IMG/VR virus record: IMGVR_UViG_3300037466_003849
Coordinates: 8,122 to 72,121 of that record
DNA length: 64,000 nucleotides
Reading direction: 5' to 3' (one strand)
From: a virus
Taxonomy: Duplodnaviria; Caudoviricetes
Shown here: positions 61,737 through 64,000 of the stretch, in pieces
Numbering within the stretch: position 1 is the first letter of the stretch
Layout: every line of letters starts with the position of its first letter
Position numbers and translations under genes: made by a program
Notes under the pieces: model-generated
Databases searched by the model: none
What the model was told of the DNA's origin: nothing
What the model saw: the letters and a program-made list of their open reading frames with translations, nothing else

Positions 61737-62176
61737 GCGCGGAGGAGTGGATCTCGGCAGTTGGGGGAGTGGTAGGCGGCGGCGCGGGGCTGGAGATGAT
61801 CCGGTTCACCGGCCGCCGCCTGGCCGCCCGCCGTCGGCGCCTCTATCCGACCGAGGCCGAGATCCGTCACGACAACATCGAAGTCGTCGAGCAGAACCGC
61901 ACGATCGCCCAGGCCGAGCTCGAGATGGCGCGCCAGGTCAACGGCATGGCCATGGAGACCCTGCGCGGCTATCAGGGCGAGCTGGCCAACTTCGGCGCGC
62001 GCGTCACCGCGATGGAGATCAAGCTCGCCGCCTCCGAGACCGAACAGACGCGCCTGAAGGGCCTGCTGCGCCAGGCCGTTTCGGTGCTGCGCGACTTCAT
62101 GGACATCGCCGCCGAGCACGACATCCCCGCCCCCGAGATCCCGGAAGACCTCAAGGCGGAAATCGAGAAGGGGTAG
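61733..62176 (+). CDS. Membrane-anchored coiled-coil lysis accessory protein
   Basis: N-terminal GVVGGGAG segment followed by a heptad region. Confidence 0.65.
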   Translation: MSAEEWISAVGGVVGGGAGLEMIRFTGRRLAARRRRLYPTEAEIRHDNIEVVEQNRTIAQAELEMARQVNGMAMETLRGYQGELANFGARVTAMEIKLAASETEQTRLKGLLRQAVSVLRDFMDIAAEHDIPAPEIPEDLKAEIEKG

Positions 62177-62180
62177 CCCC

Positions 62181-64000
62181 GTGAGCATCCCGGCCAACGT
62201 CATCGCCGTCGAAGTGTCGGCCATGCCGTCGACCGTCGGCGGCGTCCGATCGGCGACGATCAACATCACGCCGACACGCGACCTGGTCTGGGCCGCCACC
62301 GGCCAGCACCTCTCGTCGATGTGCAACATCCGGCCCGCGGTCGGCTGGGCGCTACTGCCCGCCGTCGACCAGATCGGCTTCGTCACCCCCGACACCGGCA
62401 TCGGCGTCACCAACTGGTCCTACCTGGTCACCGTGACCTGGGTCGAAGACAACGGCACCACCCTCACCGAATCCGGTGTGATCCAGCCGTTTTCGAACCA
62501 GAGCGTCATCTACCTGACCAACGGGTCCGACGGCAACCTCGTCGAGCCGCAGGACTACCCGGTCGGTGGCGTGGCCATCAACGGCATCGTCGTCAACTAC
62601 GCTGACCTGCCGACCACCGGCCTGGTCACCGGCCTGACCTACTACGTCCGCAACGACGACCTGGTCTACGTCTGGACCGGCGCCTGGCCCGCGCAGGGCC
62701 AGGGCTTCAAGATCGGCTCGCCGCCCGGCCGGTGGTGGACCGGCACCGGCGCCCCCACCGTCACCTCGGTCCCACTGGCGCGCGACTTCGACCTCTACCT
62801 CGACACCACGCCCTCCGCGGGCAACGTGTGGCAGCTCAACGCCGGGGTCTGGACCGAGCTGACCTCGATCCGGGGGCCGGTCGGCGCGAATGCGCAGTGG
62901 TACACCGGCTCCGGCGCGCCGGGCACGATCTCCGGCAGCAACGACGGCGACATGTACCTCGACACGAGCGGTAACGGCAACGTCTACCACTACTCCGGCG
63001 GCGCATGGTCCTTCGTCACGTCGATCCGCGGCGCGGCGGGCACCAACGGCACCAACGGGACGAACGGCACCTCGGCGCACTGGTGGACCGGCTCTGGCGC
63101 CCCCGGCACCGTGAGTGGCTCGATCGACGGCGACATGTACCTCGACACCGCGACGAGCAACGTCTATCAGAAGGCTTCCGGCTCATGGTCATCGGTGGCG
63201 TCGATCCGCGGCACCGCGGGCACGAACGGCACATCCTCGACCTGGCGCACCGGCTCCGGCGTGCCGAGCAACGCCACCGGTGTCGACGGCGACATGTACC
63301 TCCGCACCGCCACCGGCGACGTGTACCAGCGTCAGTCCGGCGCCTACACCCTGCTGGCCAACATCACCGGCCCGCAAGGTCCCGCCGCCGCCGACGCGAC
63401 GAGCTCGACGAAGGGCATCCTCCAGCTCACCGGTGACCTCGGCGGCACCGCGGCGTCGCCGACCGTTCCGGGCCTGGCGACGAAGGCGAACGTGCTCACG
63501 GCGACCGGCGTCAAGACCGCGGCCTACACCGCGGCCGTCGGCGACCTGATCCCCGCGGACGCCACCGGCGGCGCCTTCACGATCACCCTGCCGTCGGCGC
63601 CCGCCGACAAGAGCCGGATCACAATCAAGAAGATTGACAGCTCGGCCAACGCCGTCACCCTCGCCTGCGTCGGGTCGGACGTGTTCAACAAGGCGAGCGG
63701 CCCGACAACGCTGACCATGGCACTCCAGAACACCTCGGTGACACTGCAATACGCCTCGGCCGCGGCGATCTGGTACGCCGTCGTCAACGACACTCCGATG
63801 TCGTCGCTGGACACCCGGTACGCGCCACTGGCCAGCCCGGCCCTGACTGGATCGCCGACCGCGCCGACGCCGACCACCGGCGACAGCTCGACGAAACTGG
63901 CCACCACGGCCTTCGTCCAGACTGCGGCGCTCGTCACTGGCGGCACCGCGGCGATGCAGCCGTCGAAGACCTCGGCCTACACCGCCGCGCCGTGCAAGTT
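62181..64000 (+). CDS. Tail fibre / receptor-binding protein, runs off the right edge
   Basis: Manual translation is open from the GTG at 62181. Four W.TGSGAP...DGDMYL.T...VY repeats, then fibre motifs KGILQL.GDL.GT and SPALTGSPTAPTP..GD.STKLATTAFV. Confidence 0.85.
   Translation, partial: MSIPANVIAVEVSAMPSTVGGVRSATINITPTRDLVWAATGQHLSSMCNIRPAVGWALLPAVDQIGFVTPDTGIGVTNWSYLVTVTWVEDNGTTLTESGVIQPFSNQSVIYLTNGSDGNLVEPQDYPVGGVAINGIVVNYADLPTTGLVTGLTYYVRNDDLVYVWTGAWPAQGQGFKIGSPPGRWWTGTGAPTVTSVPLARDFDLYLDTTPSAGNVWQLNAGVWTELTSIRGPVGANAQWYTGSGAPGTISGSNDGDMYLDTSGNGNVYHYSGGAWSFVTSIRGAAGTNGTNGTNGTSAHWWTGSGAPGTVSGSIDGDMYLDTATSNVYQKASGSWSSVASIRGTAGTNGTSSTWRTGSGVPSNATGVDGDMYLRTATGDVYQRQSGAYTLLANITGPQGPAAADATSSTKGILQLTGDLGGTAASPTVPGLATKANVLTATGVKTAAYTAAVGDLIPADATGGAFTITLPSAPADKSRITIKKIDSSANAVTLACVGSDVFNKASGPTTLTMALQNTSVTLQYASAAAIWYAVVNDTPMSSLDTRYAPLASPALTGSPTAPTPTTGDSSTKLATTAFVQTAALVTGGTAAMQPSKTSAYTAAPCK

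Noticed and set aside
1-64000. Integrase/attP, tRNA genes, diversity-generating retroelement
   Set aside because: No recombinase, cloverleaf or reverse-transcriptase motifs were seen. An integrase may lie left of the window.

Overview
This window is most of the genome of a high-GC temperate siphovirus (or prophage) of an actinobacterial host. Two WhiB-like genes point to Actinobacteria, and a LysB-like cutinase suggests a mycolic-acid-containing host. Left to right: (1) immunity region with two leftward XRE regulators and a cro-like gene; (2) rightward early/replication operon with a SpoU/TrmH methyltransferase, WhiB, Cas4-like exonuclease, SSB-like protein, beta clamp, PAPS-reductase-like protein and primase-polymerase/helicase, followed by a likely origin; (3) many small accessory genes, including a divergent paralog array, antirepressor, LysB-like hydrolase, Holliday junction resolvase, HAD phosphatase, RNA-ligase-like protein, Acb2/Tad1-like peptide and SLOG protein; (4) a leftward operon (24.9-29.5 kb) with a clear SigA promoter; (5) HNH nuclease; (6) an atypical leftward island (33.8-37.9 kb) whose genes are separated by a conserved ~65-nt hairpin repeat showing compensatory changes; (7) an HK97-like morphogenesis module from terS to the tape measure and minor tail genes; (8) lysis genes; (9) a truncated tail fibre. 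The most unusual features are the hairpin-punctuated gene array and a ~590-nt highly base-paired non-coding insert between two tail genes. No integrase, tRNA or CRISPR array was seen. All family assignments come from motif recognition by eye, not database searches.
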